Under the pieces are notes generated by a model. That model had not been told where the DNA came from. It made no database searches and saw only the letters and a list, made by a program, of their open reading frames with translations. From contig OX597819.1 of NCBI GenBank assembly GCA_951406725.2, positions 38,812,001-38,876,000 on the forward strand: DNA of 64,000 bases. Reading direction: 5' to 3'. This DNA is from Octopus vulgaris. Taxonomy: Eukaryota. The translations under genes were made by a program, and so were the position numbers. Positions 12,407 through 25,985 of the stretch are shown one piece after another; within the stretch, counting starts at the first letter, position 1; each line of letters opens with the position of its first letter.

Positions 12407-13104
12407 TGTCTTGAATACAATTTACTGAACCCCACGCCAGATTTTAACATAACGTCAAACACACGTGTGGTTCAGTCAATTATATTCGCAGTTATGATTC
12501 AAATGCCCTCGTTATATTTATTTATTTTTTATTTTATATATATACATCTTTGAAATGCGGAGTAGATGAAACAGGGACAACTGATGAAGGGGAATGTTCT
12601 TTATGTTGCATATCTCTGTTCTCTGTTTTTTTCATTGTTCACAATAAAGTTTGTTTTCTATGTTTTCATTTCTCATTGTGTTTAACGTTTTTTATGTCCT
12701 GTGCCCATATATGCATGTATATATACATATGTAGGTATGTACATGTTGTTGGCATCCTTTTTGTCTCGGGAGACAATGGAGTTACGCATAAAATAATCTA
12801 GTCCGGCTTTATGTATGTATATATGCATATATTTATATATTATTTATATCATGTATATATATATATATAAAGAGAAAAAAATCTATCAGAAGGAACTCTA
12901 TCTCTCTTAAAAAAATATCTTTTGATAAGCATAACAAATGCGCAAGCGGTAAAAAGAACTTTCACCTAATTAAATACACTCTCCCTTGTCAGCATTTTCT
13001 TCATTTCCTTTATATATATATATATATATATATATACTTAATTTCAAAGCACAAAAGCTGTTACTCAGAGTTTCACGTTCCCGTTCGTTGGGCAGTTTTT
13101 TTTT

Positions 13105-13159
13105 TAACAAAGCTGTCTGACAAACGGGAATGTGAAACTCTGAGTAACAGCTTTTGTTA
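13105..13159 (+). ncRNA. Type I hammerhead motif with a core substitution, paired with an inverted copy at 13051-13100
   Basis: taacaaagctgt-CTGACAA-acg ggaa tgt-GAAAC-tctga-GTA^acagcttttgtta. The inverted copy reads CCAACGA acg ggaa cgt GAAAC tctga GTA acagc. Confidence 0.7.
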
Positions 13160-13258
13160 TATTTCTGCTGCTTTTAAATAAAGCATACTACTCTGCCTCT
13201 GGTATTTGAGTACTCTTTTTTCCACCTTGTTTCACATTTATGTGCTTACTCTGGTATA

Positions 13259-13641
13259 TCTCTCTATATATAAACGGCAGTTTGTCTGTGCGTGTTTCTG
13301 TGTGTCTGTTTTCTCGTACCCTCACCCTGACCACGGCTTTCAACCGATTCTGATGAAACTTGACACACACATAGCCCAATGTCATAATTCAAAACTAACG
13401 CAGCGAAAATTTTGAAAAGTTCCCCCAGTTCTGAAAAAATCGATAAATTCGACATGGGGTCGAGAATCAAAAAAACAAACCACAGACTGTCTAGGGGACG
13501 CAACTCAACCTTTTTTTACTCTCAAAAAAATTTACCATCATTTTTTTTCCATTTTTTTGCTATTTTTTGGCTATAACTCTCTAAAAATGCTTTATAGTTA
13601 TTTCCCTTACAAACCTGAGCAACGCCGGGCGATACTGCTAG
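13259..13641 (+). mobile_element. Non-autonomous Helitron (~380 bp)
   Basis: Starts TC(tc)tctatatataaa. Ends with the GC-rich hairpin cctgagcaacgccggg and CTAG 8 nt later. Inserted between A (13258) and T (13642) with no TSD. Confidence 0.85.
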
Positions 13642-13654
13642 TATACATATATAT

Positions 13655-14430
13655 ATGAAATTTACAGAAAAACAAAAGATGAAGACAGGTGTGAAAACAA
13701 CAAGCTAGTGTATTAGTTTGATGTGCGGGAAAGTGAGAAAGTTTCTTATATTTCAAGCCTACGCTCTTCAACTGGAAGGAATGATAAAATAAAGAGAGAG
13801 AAAATATAAAAAAGAACTTGTGGATTTAGGGATCAAGCATGGCGACTAGTAGGGAAAAAATGGTTTGACAGGCGAGGTAGAAAGAAGGAGAGATAAACAA
13901 GTATTGGTGATCCCAAAACGAAGGTGCACATGTGTGTGAGAGTATGTGAGAATGTGTGTGTGGGTGTGTGGTTGATGGTGTGTGGTGTGGGTGCTGGGAA
14001 GGGGTCAGTGCTAGTGTCTGTGGGGTGGTGTGATGTGGTGGTGTGTGGTGCATGGATGTGGGTGCAGGGGGAGATGTGGGTTAGGGGTGGGATATGTGGG
14101 TGTGGGGTGTGGGTATCAGTGAAAAGAGAAGGTGGGTAGAAGTGAATAGAGGAAGTAGGTATCTGAGCAAGAGAGAGGAGAGGTGGGTAGGAGTAAAGAG
14201 AGGAAGTAGGTGTCAGATGTAGAGAGGAGAGGAGGGGAGTCAGATGAAGAAAGGAGGGGAGTTGGGCCCATGTGATGCAAAGGAGCGAAGAGAGAAGATT
14301 AATTCCTGTTCATGGTGAAGGCAGGAGTCTGGATGGCCCCTCTGCAAACACAATCTGATACACAGACAGATGTTGTAGTGAATGACTAGCAGAGTGGAAA
14401 TGGAGTGAGACCATGCTGTCATTGCCAAGT
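13655..14430 (-). mobile_element. Penelope-like element 3' end: GIY-YIG C-terminus plus 3' UTR with a decayed hammerhead at 13744-13775
   Basis: Frameshifted translation GNDSMVSLHFHSASHSLQHLSV...QRGHPDSCLHHEQELIFSLRSFASHGPNS matches the PLE pattern PVxxHFxxxxHS...RxxxEQxLIFxLxTxxPxGLN. Downstream: ttgaaga gcgtaggctt gaaa. Confidence 0.75.
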
Positions 14431-15260
14431 CTCACTTACATAAGTTCTATTATGTTAAGGTTATCATACAAAATATTACAAATCATTTTCTTATAATGAC
14501 AGGAGAAGAGTTTATCCTGTTCATGACACTGAGTGAGGATTTAGAAATTGCCAATGAAGAATCCAGTTCTATAAACTCTCTCTGTCTCTACTTTGATGTT
14601 GATTATAATTTGAAATATTGATAATATGCCATAAAAAGAAATAACATGGTGTCTCCAAGAATAATTACTAAATAAGACAAATTATAGTAGAAACACTCCT
14701 ATCCATCATTAAAATAAAGCACTTTGAAGAATTTTCCAGAATTTTGCATAAATGCGCATGAATTGCAGAAATCAAATAGCCAAATGATCTTCTGTTGTTT
14801 TTGTATTTGATGTGAAATTTTCAGACTTCATGATAATCTTACATTAAATAACATAAGGTGTCAGAAATAATGTCTCATTAAAATATTTGATTTATACAAC
14901 AAATATAAATGTCATTGTGACCCCTTTAATCAATGATATCATGTTAAATTATTGGTCTGCTAGAGCGATGATTACCTAACTAATTTAATGTATGATATGG
15001 AGAATAACGAACCAGTTAATACATTTCATTTTGTTGGCCTTGAAATAGGCAGCCAGTAGCAAGCACCCAAAAAGACAGATTGTTTTAGTAAAGATGACAC
15101 CGACAGATAAACGAACATATGAAGGGTTATTCTCCAGGAGAGGTAGAATCCTTCATGCCCCATTAAATCAAAAGCAATGCTTCTGGGTACTTTTGGATGA
15201 AGCAGATTTAAATATTCTGTATGCACTTGTATTTTTCATATATATATACATTATGTATGT

Positions 15261-15894
15261 TTGTAATTATTCAGTTTTAGTTCAAGATATTTTGCCAACA
15301 GAGAAAGAGCCAGTTTCTAATCTAGTTCCAAGTTTCCTTCATTGGAATTTCAACATCAACAGGGTATGTATGTATGTATGTATGTGTGTATGTATGTATG
15401 TATGTATGTATGTGTGTATGTATATGTGTAGATTTGTATGTTTTGTTTATCTATGTATTTTCATGCATATAGTTGCATATTAAGACATGCTCATATATAC
15501 TTAAATGATAAACTTCTGGAAAGTTTTACAGATTTTTACAGTTCCAGTAGTCTTTGAATCAGCTTTCTCCTTTGTAGTTTTGAGAAGCCTAATTTTTCAA
15601 GATTGGTATTTAGGCAGTGTATTACCAATAATTACAGGTATAATAACAGTGCCCCAATAATTACAGGTATAAACCTGAACTTGTAATCTGGATAGATTAA
15701 CTATAGATTTCTCAATAGTCCAGCATAGGTATTCTCTTTTTCCTTGATCTTTAGCTTTATGTTAACATCAGCTGGGCAGCTGATTTCCACAATTGTACAG
15801 TTTCTCTTCTTTATCCCAGATCATTATATCAGGCTATTGTGTTTACATTTTTATAGAGGTTTTCACTAGGACATTCCACCAGTACTCCTTTTGT
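15261..15894 (-). mobile_element. 5'-truncated R4/Dong-type RLE non-LTR retrotransposon in a (CATA)n tract, decayed
   Basis: Frameshifted translation KEYWWNVLVKTSIK-CKHNSPDIMIWDKEEK-CTIVEISCPADVNIKLKIKEKENTYAGLLRNL*LIYPDYKFRFIPVIIGAL, a PD-(D/E)xK restriction-like endonuclease. (TATG)n on the + strand at both junctions. Confidence 0.8.
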
Positions 15895-16810
15895 ATGTAT
15901 GTAAGTATGTATGTATGTATGTATGTATGTATGTATGTATGTATGTATCTGATGAAGAATTACAGACTGTCTGTTTTGTCTCCTGTTCATTTTTACATTC
16001 AGTATACATTATGTTGTTTGTTTATACATTTTGCATTTATCAAGTAATGGAATGCAACAAACACTGGAATTTGTATTAACAAGTAAGTTTTTTTTATATA
16101 CTCATGTGATTCTCTCTCTCTTGCCTTCATTCTTTCCCCTTTTCTTTCTCTCACCCTCTCACTTCTATTCTAGCCTTTCTACTTACTTGGCAGATAGGAT
16201 GAAGATTCAACTCAAAGGGGCTAAGTGCCAACAGAATTGATGAACTTGCATATAAAGTCTATGAAGTACTGTTAAGTTTGTTAACTCAAAATTTGATAAA
16301 TCTGTACCCAAAACTAGTCTGAACTTCTGATTAATGAGATTAATGAGCAGGCCATTTATCATAACCTTACAACAACCATCACATGTATCTTGTAGTCTCC
16401 TATTTCAAACAATCCGCTTAATAAAACTGAAGAGATTATTTTTATATGCGGCACAGTATGCGAGAGGACTGGCAGTGTTTCATGTCATTTAAAACAAACG
16501 CTTTAATTAATAAAACAAAATATATTCAAGTAGGAGAAAAAAAAAAATTACAGACAAAACAATAGAAAACAAATAATACCAAAACATTCTGAAGATATCT
16601 GATGTCTTGCTCTCATCTTCCTTGGTTCCTCAGTTACACAGACAGACACTAAAATGTCATCAATGATTAAAATCTAATGATACAAATCATGGTTGCCTTT
16701 CACACTTCTGTCCAGGGGGGAATTTTCATTGTCTGTATAGAGTTCCGCATTTCTCATTCCAAAGAAAACATCTTCCTATGTTACAATGTTTTTCTTGAAG
16801 TAGTTGTCAA

Positions 16811-16824
16811 CTACCATCACCACC

Positions 16825-16872
<48 letters not shown>

Positions 16873-16937
16873 GCAGCTGCTGCTACTACTACTGCTACTA
16901 CTACTAGTAGTAGTACTATTACTACTACTACTACTGG

Positions 16938-16976
<39 letters not shown>

Positions 16977-17192
16977 TACTACTACTACTGCCAGCACCTC
17001 TACCACCACCACCAGCACCAAGACCATCAACAAGACCACCACCACCACCACCACCACCACTGTCATCACCGCCACTGCTGCCACCACAACCACCAGCACC
17101 CCTTTCACCATCCACACCTAGACCACCACCACCATCAATAATAATAATAACAATAATAATAATAATAATAACAATAATAATAATAATAATAA
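16811..17192. repeat. Compound trinucleotide microsatellite (CAC/TAC/AAT)
   Basis: Direct inspection. Confidence 0.95.
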
Positions 17193-17910
17193 GAGTATCT
17201 CAACAGGCACGATAGAGCTGCACAATATATTCACTGGGTAATCTGTAAAAACCTGGATTTGCCCCATGAAAAAAACTGGTGGGAACACAAACCACCCCCA
17301 GTGCTTGAAAATGACCACATCTCACTCCTCTGGAACTTCACCATTCAAACTGACAGGAAGATAGATGCAAATAGGCCAGACATCATATTGAAAAACTTCA
17401 AACAAAGAACATGCCTCCTCATTGATATGACTGTCCCAATCGATATAAACGTATCTGTCAAGACCTACCAAAAACTGAGCAAATATAAAGATCTTGAAAT
17501 AGAAATCAGCAAAATGTGGAAGCTGAAGACTAAAACAATACCTGTTGTCATAGGTGCCCTGGGAATGATAGCAAAAGGGGCTGATAGCTACCTAACTCAG
17601 ATACCAGGAAACCCAAAAATGGCAGAAGTTCAAAAGATAGTGCTCATGGGAACTGCTCATATCCTACGCAAAATACTCTCTATGTAATCTCAAGGTTTAA
17701 AACAAACATAATTTTCGGTTTAAAAAAAAAAAAAAAAAAAAAACCTTTTTTTTTCTTTTTAGACATTCATTAGTACAACATCCCCACCCCCCAAATATAT
17801 GGCACACTAGGCATAACAACAACATGAACTTCCAACCCTGTTGTCTCTTGAGGTCTCTGGGTGAGACTTGGAGCCAACTTGTACAAATATAAAGCAAAAG
17901 TCAAACATAG
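17193..17910 (+). mobile_element. 5'-truncated Dong/R4-clade LINE inserted in (TAA)n; uninterrupted RLE frame 17193-17687
   Basis: EYLNRHDRAAQYIHW...LLWNFTIQTDRKIDANRPDII...CLLIDMTVPID...KLSKYKDLEIEI...PVVIGALG is an RLE domain. (AAT)n on both sides; Dong elements are known TAA-repeat specialists. Confidence 0.92.
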
Positions 17911-18837
17911 AATAATAATAATAATAATCTCCACCACCACCAACACCACCACCACTACCACCATCATCATGGCATTTGTTCCCCAAACAAGATTCACTAC
18001 TTTATTTACCAAAGCTGTATGGAGATGTGGATTTTCAAATAACTACAGGTATCATAGAAGTAATTGAACACTTATTGACTTAAACATTTTTCTCCGAGCA
18101 TTCTTCCTGTATTTCAAACTCAATTTTACAGATACTATTTCTTTCAGAATTCTGATTATTTTTATTTTCTCTCCCAGTCTTAATATTTTCCTTCTCTTTC
18201 TCACGAATTTCCTTTACTTCTGGACACCCATAACCTCCTCTTCTTTTTTCCTTTTTCTTGTCATTTTATCTCTCTGTCAGTCTGTCAGACTGTCGGCCTG
18301 TCTGTCTGTCTTTCTCAAATACACACACACACACACAGACACACATACACAGACACAGACACACACACACACAGTATTTTTCCTCAATGCAATTTTCTAA
18401 GTTATTTGCCATTTTTCCAAAACAAAATCTATTTAAATATGAATACGTGTATGTGTATACATATGTGTGTGTGTGTGAGTGCATAGGTTTGTGTGTGTAT
18501 GATGCAAAGATTTTGTAATGCCTCTTTGCTCAACACAATTGATTTTGAGCCAACTAGTGGGCTTCAATATGGTCTTTCAAGCTGCTTGAAATAGCAGCTA
18601 AATCTCTCTTAAATCTTAACTTGCTTCCCTTAAAAAAAAAAGGGTAAACCAGAAGGATAGATGTAGACTTAGATACACCACACTAGGTGGACTAGTCATG
18701 GGTGGAATGACTCCATTCATATATTTCAGTCATAGTAGTACAGTACAGTCAGCCATCACTAGCAAGTGAGCATGGCTTGCTAACATGTATTATACATTAA
18801 TCTTTTACTAAATGATTTAGGTACCTATATAGTTGTA

Positions 18838-19060
18838 AGTGTGTGGCCTAGTGGCTAGTGTGTTGGATTTATGATAGTAAGATTGTGGTTTCAATTCCTG
18901 GACTAGGTGACATATTTTGTTCTTGAGCAAAACACTTCATTTCATGTTGCTCCAATCCACACAGCTGACAAAACTGAGTAATTCTGTGACAGACTGGATT
19001 ACTCCATGGAAACTGGCTTTTACAACCCCATAGGGCTCAAGAAGGATGCTTTATCCTTTT
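18838..19060 (+). mobile_element. Family C tRNA-derived SINE (MetaSINE-like), decayed
   Basis: Homologous to 27084-27345 and about 59565-59760. Confidence 0.7.
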
Positions 19061-19448
19061 TTATTCTTATAGTTGTAAGGAGACATAGACAATCTCTCTA
19101 CCTACACATCCTTGATCCAGTGAAATACCTAAGATGTTACAGATAGAGGGAGAGAAGGCTGTACCAGCAATTGGCTAGTACTATTTTCACAGCAATATAA
19201 CATGAAGTATCTTGCTGAAAGATACAACTTGCCACCTGTTTCAGGAAATGCCATGAGCTATGCACCTTCATTTTTTCACTCAGAGGTCTGCTCAAACAAA
19301 ATTTTTCTGACATTTACTAATAATTTTCTGACAAACTTTTACTGTAGCCTGTCTCTTAGTATTCATTCTTCATCACCTTATCCCTTACTCATCCATACAT
19401 TTATATCTATATGACGATGTCAGTCCATTTGTCTTGGAACATCATATC

Positions 19449-19683
19449 TATTTCTTTACTACCCACAAGGGGCTAAACACAGAGAGGACAAACAATGACA
19501 GACAAACGGATTAAGTCGATTATATCGACCCCAGTGCGTAACTGGTACTTATTTAAACGACCCCGAAAGGATGAAAGGCAAAGTCGACCTCGGTGGAATT
19601 TGAACTCAGAACGTAACAGCAAAAGAAAAACTGCTAAGCATTTCACCTGGCGTGCTAATGATTCTGCCAGCTTGCCGCCTTCA
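19449..19683 (-). mobile_element. Family E SINE with an 11-bp TSD
   Basis: TSD aacatcatatc at 19438-19448 and 19684-19694. Confidence 0.9.
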
Positions 19684-20409
19684 AACATCATATCAAGACA
19701 ACAAATCTTTTCCAAAATTTGCACACAAATCCAAAATCATTCCAAAATATTGCTAGAAGAAGAAAAAAATACTCCCAAGTTTGAGATTCCTCTAAGGGGG
19801 TGAAAAAAGGGAAGGAAATTCAAGAAAAGATGTGTTGAAAGACTGATTGTTGAAATGGAGAGTTGGGAGAGTAGGAGCATTTGTGTGAGAAACAGAAACA
19901 TTGATATTTTATGATGTCAAATTTACTGCTTTTCTTTCTCTTGCAGTTTCTCTTTCATTTCACTTTCTCTCTGTCTTCAACTCTCCTTCTCTCTCTGTAT
20001 CAGTCTACTTCTCTTTCTCTTCCCTCTTCTCTCTCTTCCCCCTCTCTCTATTTCAGACACACATATCTTAAACATATATACACAAGTGTTTTTCTCTTTA
20101 GGTTTTATCAGTATTTACACATTCAAATAAATAAGCACATATATCATTTTTGTTAAATAATTAATAGTAAGATGGGCTTCCTTTTCTCTTGATGGGCATT
20201 CATACATACACACACACCTACATACACACACACTCACATACATGTATACACGAAGCATGCACACACACACATACACACACACACATATCACAAATGTAGA
20301 GACACAGATTCTTTCACTTCCTTTTATTTCTGTCTACAGAGATATTGTGTAAATCGATGTAATATTTACATTCATTGTATAGGTACAGTGTTGGCTAAAA
20401 ATCTACAGA

Positions 20410-20620
20410 CATGTTGTATGCCATTCTAAAACAGCTTTCAAAGAGATACCGCTGAAGGAAATAAAAAGAAAAAGACCAAAAACTACATGGTGCAGAGCAT
20501 TTGAAACTGTTATGTCAAAGGCCAGATGCAGAGAAAACCACAGCCAATAGAAACCAGTGGAGTCAAATCACTGCCCAATGTGCTCAAGAATACAGAATGA
20601 ACTGACACCGATAGTAAGTT
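20410..20620 (+). mobile_element. Ancient RTE-clade LINE 3' end
   Basis: HSKTAFKEIPLKEIKRKRPKTTWCRAFE and, after a frameshift, EKTTANRNQWSQITAQCAQEYRMN*. These resemble the RTE C-terminal motifs KRxRGRPKTTW and AxDRxxWxxxxAQC. Confidence 0.55.
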
Positions 20621-21120
20621 ATAGCAAGTATACAAAACACTGTTAACTAACCAGTAACTTAATATTCAAATAAGCTGCCAAGAAAATGTTAAATATGCAA
20701 ATCAGTCTATCCAGTTTACTTTAGCTACTAATATCAATGGGTTTATAAGCAATGTTTTTATGGACAACTAAGGAAGGTGTGCTGCTGCAGACAAAACTCC
20801 CAGCAGAATTGAAATGTGTGGCATATACAGATGTTCCTTCTGTTTTGTCTACGAACATACTGTGTATATAGACATAATGCTTATATTTGCTGCTGATTAA
20901 AAATTTATAGACATGCTATGTAACTTATTATAGAAACACTGTCAACACCAGTAATTTAATATTGTATATGTGTATGCATAGGTACTGACATGGCTGTGTA
21001 GTTAAGAAGCTTGCTTTATAAACCATGGTTTCAGGTTCAGTCTCACAGCTTGGCACTTTGGGCAAAACACTATTCTTGCGAGCAAATTTGATGGATGGAA
21101 ACTGTGTGGACCCCTGTCAT

Positions 21121-21528
21121 AGGCGTAGGAGTGGCTATGTGGTAAGTAGCTTGCTTACCGACCACATGGTTCCGGGTTCAGTCCCACTACGTGGCACTTT
21201 CGGCAAGTGTCTTCTACTATAGCCTCGGGCCGACCAAAGCCTTGTGAGTGGATTTGGTAGACGGAAACTGAAAGAAGCCCATTGTATATATGGATATATA
21301 TGTGTGTGTGTATGTGTTTGTGTGTCTGTGTTTGTCCTCCCAACATCGCTTGACAACCGATGCTGGTGTGTTTACGTCCCCGTAACTTAGTGGTTCGGCA
21401 AAAGAGACCGATAGAATAAGTACTAGGCTTACAAAGAATAAGTCCTGGGGTTGATTTGCTCGACTAAAGGTGGTGCTCCAGCATGGCTACAGTCAAATGA
21501 CTGAAACGAGTAAAAGAGTAAAAGAGTA
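21121..21528 (+). mobile_element. Family A SINE, full length, inserted after an older family A head (20980-21120)
   Basis: Close to family consensus, with a (taaaagag)n tail; immediately followed by a family E copy at 21538-21758. Confidence 0.9.
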
Positions 21529-22350
21529 AGTGTTTAAGGTGGTGAGCTGATAGAAATGTTAGCACGCCGGACGAAATGCTTAGCAGTATTTCGTCTGCTG
21601 TTACGTACTGAGTTCAAATTCTGCCAAGGTTGACTCTGCCTTTCATCTTTTGGGGGTTGATTAAATAAGTACCAGTTATGCACTGGGGTCGATGTAATCG
21701 GCTTAATGTCCTTGTTTGTCCCTTCTATGTTTAGCCCTCGTGGGCAATAAAGAAATATGTAAGTGATGTACAATTATCAACATTTATTTATAAATTGTGT
21801 ATGTGTGAATGTGTGTAAGAGAGGGAGAGAGGTAGAGAGAGAGAAAAGTAGAGAGTGAGGTAGATAGAGAGGCAGAGAGAGAGAGAGAAGGAGGTAATAC
21901 TTGATTCCTTTTCTAACAATTTGAAGTAAATAAAAAAAATTTTAGTATGGCCATAGTCCAATGATTGGAACCATTAAAGAAATAAAAGAATAAAGAAAAA
22001 TATATGCATTTACAAAGTCAGCCAACCCATAATGAGGTTAGATTAGTGCAGCTGATAAATGATTATCAAGAATTATTTACAAATGCTTTTGTCTGCTTTC
22101 TAAATATTCGATGATACCAAGTACTCATATTTCAGTTTCTCATTAAACACTGGAATTAGACTATCTAGAGTCCCACATACACAAAATACTACAATGACAA
22201 GTGACCTTAAAAGGTTAAATCAAAGATAAACAGAGCTGAAATTGTGTGGAGGAATTTTTGACTTAACCACTCACCATTTTTTTTTTTCTCCAAGTATACA
22301 GGGAGAGATGTTTTCATATACACACATATACACAGACATACACACAATAT

Positions 22351-22387
<37 letters not shown>

Positions 22388-22550
22388 GACATGCACATGC
22401 ACACACAAGAGATTAATTACTAGTATAGTTAATAAGTAGCATTGATATATAGTATATACATATGATTTGAAATCTTGAGAGGAAACTATGGCGACAAAGA
22501 ATGAAGAGATTATAGTTCTCTTCCCCACTTTCCTTCAGTTTCTGTCACAC

Positions 22551-22581
<31 letters not shown>

Positions 22582-23290
22582 AATATATATGTATGCATAG
22601 GCACACACACACAACATATATATATATGTATGTATGTATGTGTGTGTGTGTGTGTATATATATATGCACACAAATATATATGTACATACAAATATACATA
22701 AATGCACGCACAAACACACATGCGTGCGCGCACACACACACACACACACACATACACACACATGGCTGCATTTATATGGGAGCAGTGTCTGCTACCATAT
22801 AAAACCAATCAACAATATTTAGCTTTGATAACTTATAATTATTCCCATTTTGATATTACAAATGTTACTTACCAGAGGCTGTACAACTAAATATCTCAAA
22901 TGTGTTTATATATATTTGACAAGACATGAGATCATTAGACATTTGTGCAGGTGAAAGGCATGAGATGGGAATGATATGCATTCATGGTAGGAAAGGTGGA
23001 TTATTTTAACCCAAGGCTGAGTGGCAAAGCTGACCCAGAATGCTCTGTGAAGCTTGTGCCTTCTTTCGAGTTTCTGCCCTGCTTGTCCCATGAACATCCA
23101 TTTATGACCATTTTTTGGTGAGAAACTCTGTGAAAATTTTTATTCACATCATGTGATCATATGAATGCACCTGAAATATGATTGGCTGAAATTTAGGCTA
23201 AGATCACCTGATATGTCATGCCTAATGTTTGCTACTATAGGTCTGACACTACACACGCACACACACACACACACATATATATATACATAT

Positions 23291-24261
23291 ATAAATAAAA
23301 AATACACATTAAGTACAGGACATCACCAACGAGTGAAGAATTTGTTAATACACAAGAGATAAGTACCAGACAAAAATACCAAAAGAAGGTAACTTGCTCA
23401 TCAATTGTTGACTGCTTTACTACTCCCTATTTCTTGCTTTTAAAAACACGATAGGAAAATTTGATAAGACAGCAACATCCAGAAATTTTTTAAATATAAT
23501 ATTTGTGGAGAGTTAGGGCTTTGAACAAACAAACAAACAACAGAGTGGATGTACAAAGTAAACAATCAATGAAGACGAACATTAAGGGCCATTAGGCCAA
23601 GATGAATCATAATGAGTAATGCCTGAGAGAAATTTTTAATGGAAATAGAATAAAGAGAAGAGAAGAAATTAGTAGAGGAGAAAAATCCGTTGGGAGACGA
23701 GAGAAATGATGTCCAGCCTGATGGACATCTTGTCCAGAAAAGACAGGGGTGAGAGAAATGGCCTATAGTCATGTGTGAGCAACATGCAGAGGGGAAGGGG
23801 GGCAAGGCCATTTCTCTTGTCCCTGTCTTTTCTGGACAAGATGTCCACTGGGCTGGACATCATTTCTCTTGCCTCCTGACATTTTTCTCTTCTACTATTT
23901 TATTCTATTTCCTTTAAAAATTTCTCCCAGGCATTACCCATTACAATTCATCTTGGCCCAACAGCCCTTAATGTTCGTCTTCATTGATTGTTTACTTTGT
24001 ATGCCCACTCTGTTGTTGTTTGTTCATTTGAAGCCCTAACTCTCCACAAATTTTATATGTTTAAAATTTCTGGATGCTGCATCTTATGAGGTTTTCCTAT
24101 CTTGTCATTAAAAGCATGAAGTAGGGAATAGTAAAACAGTCGACAACCGATGAGGAGTTATCCTCTTTTAGTATTTTGTCTCGTACTTATCTCTCATTGT
24201 GTGTTTATGTATTTTTCACTCATTGATGATGTCCTGTACTTAATGTGTATTTTTTATTTAT
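23291..24261. repeat. Large foldback element (arms ~475 bp, spacer 23766-23805) between TA/CA tracts
   Basis: ataaataaaaaatacacattaagtacaggacatca... pairs with ...tgatgtcctgtacttaatgtgtattttttatttat. The arms align throughout with scattered mismatches. Confidence 0.85.
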
Positions 24262-24302
24262 TTATAATTGAACACCACACAGCCTTGTCCACAGTATGTT
24301 CT

Positions 24303-24358
<56 letters not shown>

Positions 24359-24485
24359 ATCATTACAGATATAAGGTAAAGAATTATTAATTTAATAATT
24401 AACAAATTTTACCAAGTAATTTTGGTATGGAAAAAAAACCATAATCGGTAAAAACTTGTACAAAAAGGTTTTTATATAATTATAA

Positions 24486-24633
24486 ATATAATCAAGGGTT
24501 TAGCAACAAGTTGCTTCACCACATACCAAAAATTTAGAAATAGCAGCCAAAAGACAGCTAATTCTTTTAACTTCAATTATGACTCTCTAAATGTTCGCTA
24601 TGTGGTGAAGAAACTTGTTGCTAAACCCTTAAT

Positions 24634-24638
<5 letters not shown>
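24486..24638. repeat. Short foldback element (arms ~53 bp)
   Basis: aagggtttagcaacaagttgcttcaccacata / tatgtggtgaagaaacttgttgctaaaccctt. Confidence 0.75.
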
Positions 24639-24675
<37 letters not shown>

Positions 24676-25577
24676 CATCTATGTGTACATAGGGTGTTAC
24701 ATAATATGTGCTCAGAACACCTTTTAAAGTGGCTAGTGTTACGAAGGGTATCCCACTGTGGAAACTATACCGAAGCAGACATTGTAATTTTGTGCAGCAA
24801 CTCTGGCTTGCCAGCATCTGTCAAACCATCTACCTCATACCAATATAGAAAGCAGATTATGATGACGATGGTATGTGTGTGTGTGTGTATAAAATTAAAT
24901 TACTGAGTATGGTTTGGTAGCTGTATATGTAGAAAATGTTTCTTTGTTAAACTAAATTACTTAATTAATACAATATTTCAAGTAGTTTCTTTTGCATGCA
25001 ATCATAGTTGCATATATTTTTTAATGCAATGTAGATACATGTTTATGCTGACTTTTTTCAGGTTTCTATGACATGCAAAAGTTTTGAAACTCTGTTATTC
25101 TTAACTTTAATTCTCTGACTTCAGAATATGAAGATCATATGATCTTCATATTTTTCTTTATCTACTTTTTTGTAATACTAAATTGATAAAAAGCACCATA
25201 TAAAGCAGAAACAACTCAAACAGAAACGGGCTTTATTCAGCAAGAACTCTTGGGGAAGCAACCTTTTTTGTTCTGCAGCTTGGTGTTCTTATGAAAGGTT
25301 GGTCCACTTCCCCTATCAAATAAATATGCAAAAGAGAAGTGACCATGAGAGAAATATGATTTTATGAGTTCAATCCCAGCTACCTTGAAAGACTGCTCAT
25401 GAGACTTGCTGTTTTCCTCAGAAAAATAGTGGCACATCTTGAAATTAAATGTGCTTGAACTAAACTTGAATATTTTATGAGATGATAAGGAAACATGGAA
25501 TAAAAACATTTCCTTTGGCAAACAAGTAATAATGGTGGCGATGATCACATGAGGCATAAGAGATTTGATTCCCTTTT

Positions 25578-25985
25578 CCCTTTTACTTGTTTCAGTCATG
25601 TGACTGTGGCTATGCTGGATCACCGCCTTTAGTCGAGCAAATCAACCCCAGGACTTATTCTTTGTAAGCCTAGTACTTATTCTATCAGTTTCTTTCTTGC
25701 CGAACCGCTAAGTTACGGGGACGTAAACACACCAGCATCGGTTGTCAAGCGATGTTGGGGGGGACAAACACAGACACACAAACGCACACATACATATACA
25801 TATATATATATATATATACATATATACGACAGGCTTCTTTCAGTTTCCGTCTACCAAATCCACTCACAAGGCTTTGGTCAGCCTGAGGCTATAGTAGAAG
25901 ACACTTACCCAAGGTGCCATGCAGTGTGACTGAACCCGGAACCATGTGGTTCGTAAGCAAGCTACTTACCACACAGCTACTCCTA
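25578..25985 (-). mobile_element. Family A SINE inserted in the Helitron remnant
   Basis: Full-length family A match. Confidence 0.9.

Noticed and set aside
12550-12810. ctgatgaag motifs at 12581 and 15949, and ccgatgag at about 24147
   Set aside because: No downstream GAAA core or stems. They are probably PLE-type tail sequence but cannot be called ribozymes.
16776-17121. Poly-Thr (mucin-like) ORF; likewise poly-Pro at 39329-39787 and Glu/Lys-rich ORFs at 54699-55269
   Set aside because: Trinucleotide repeats open in several frames on both strands, with no splice context or domain.
22873-23170. Minus-strand segment bounded by tttcag| and |gtaagt
   Set aside because: Stops occur early in all three frames. 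At most a non-coding or UTR exon, with no further support.
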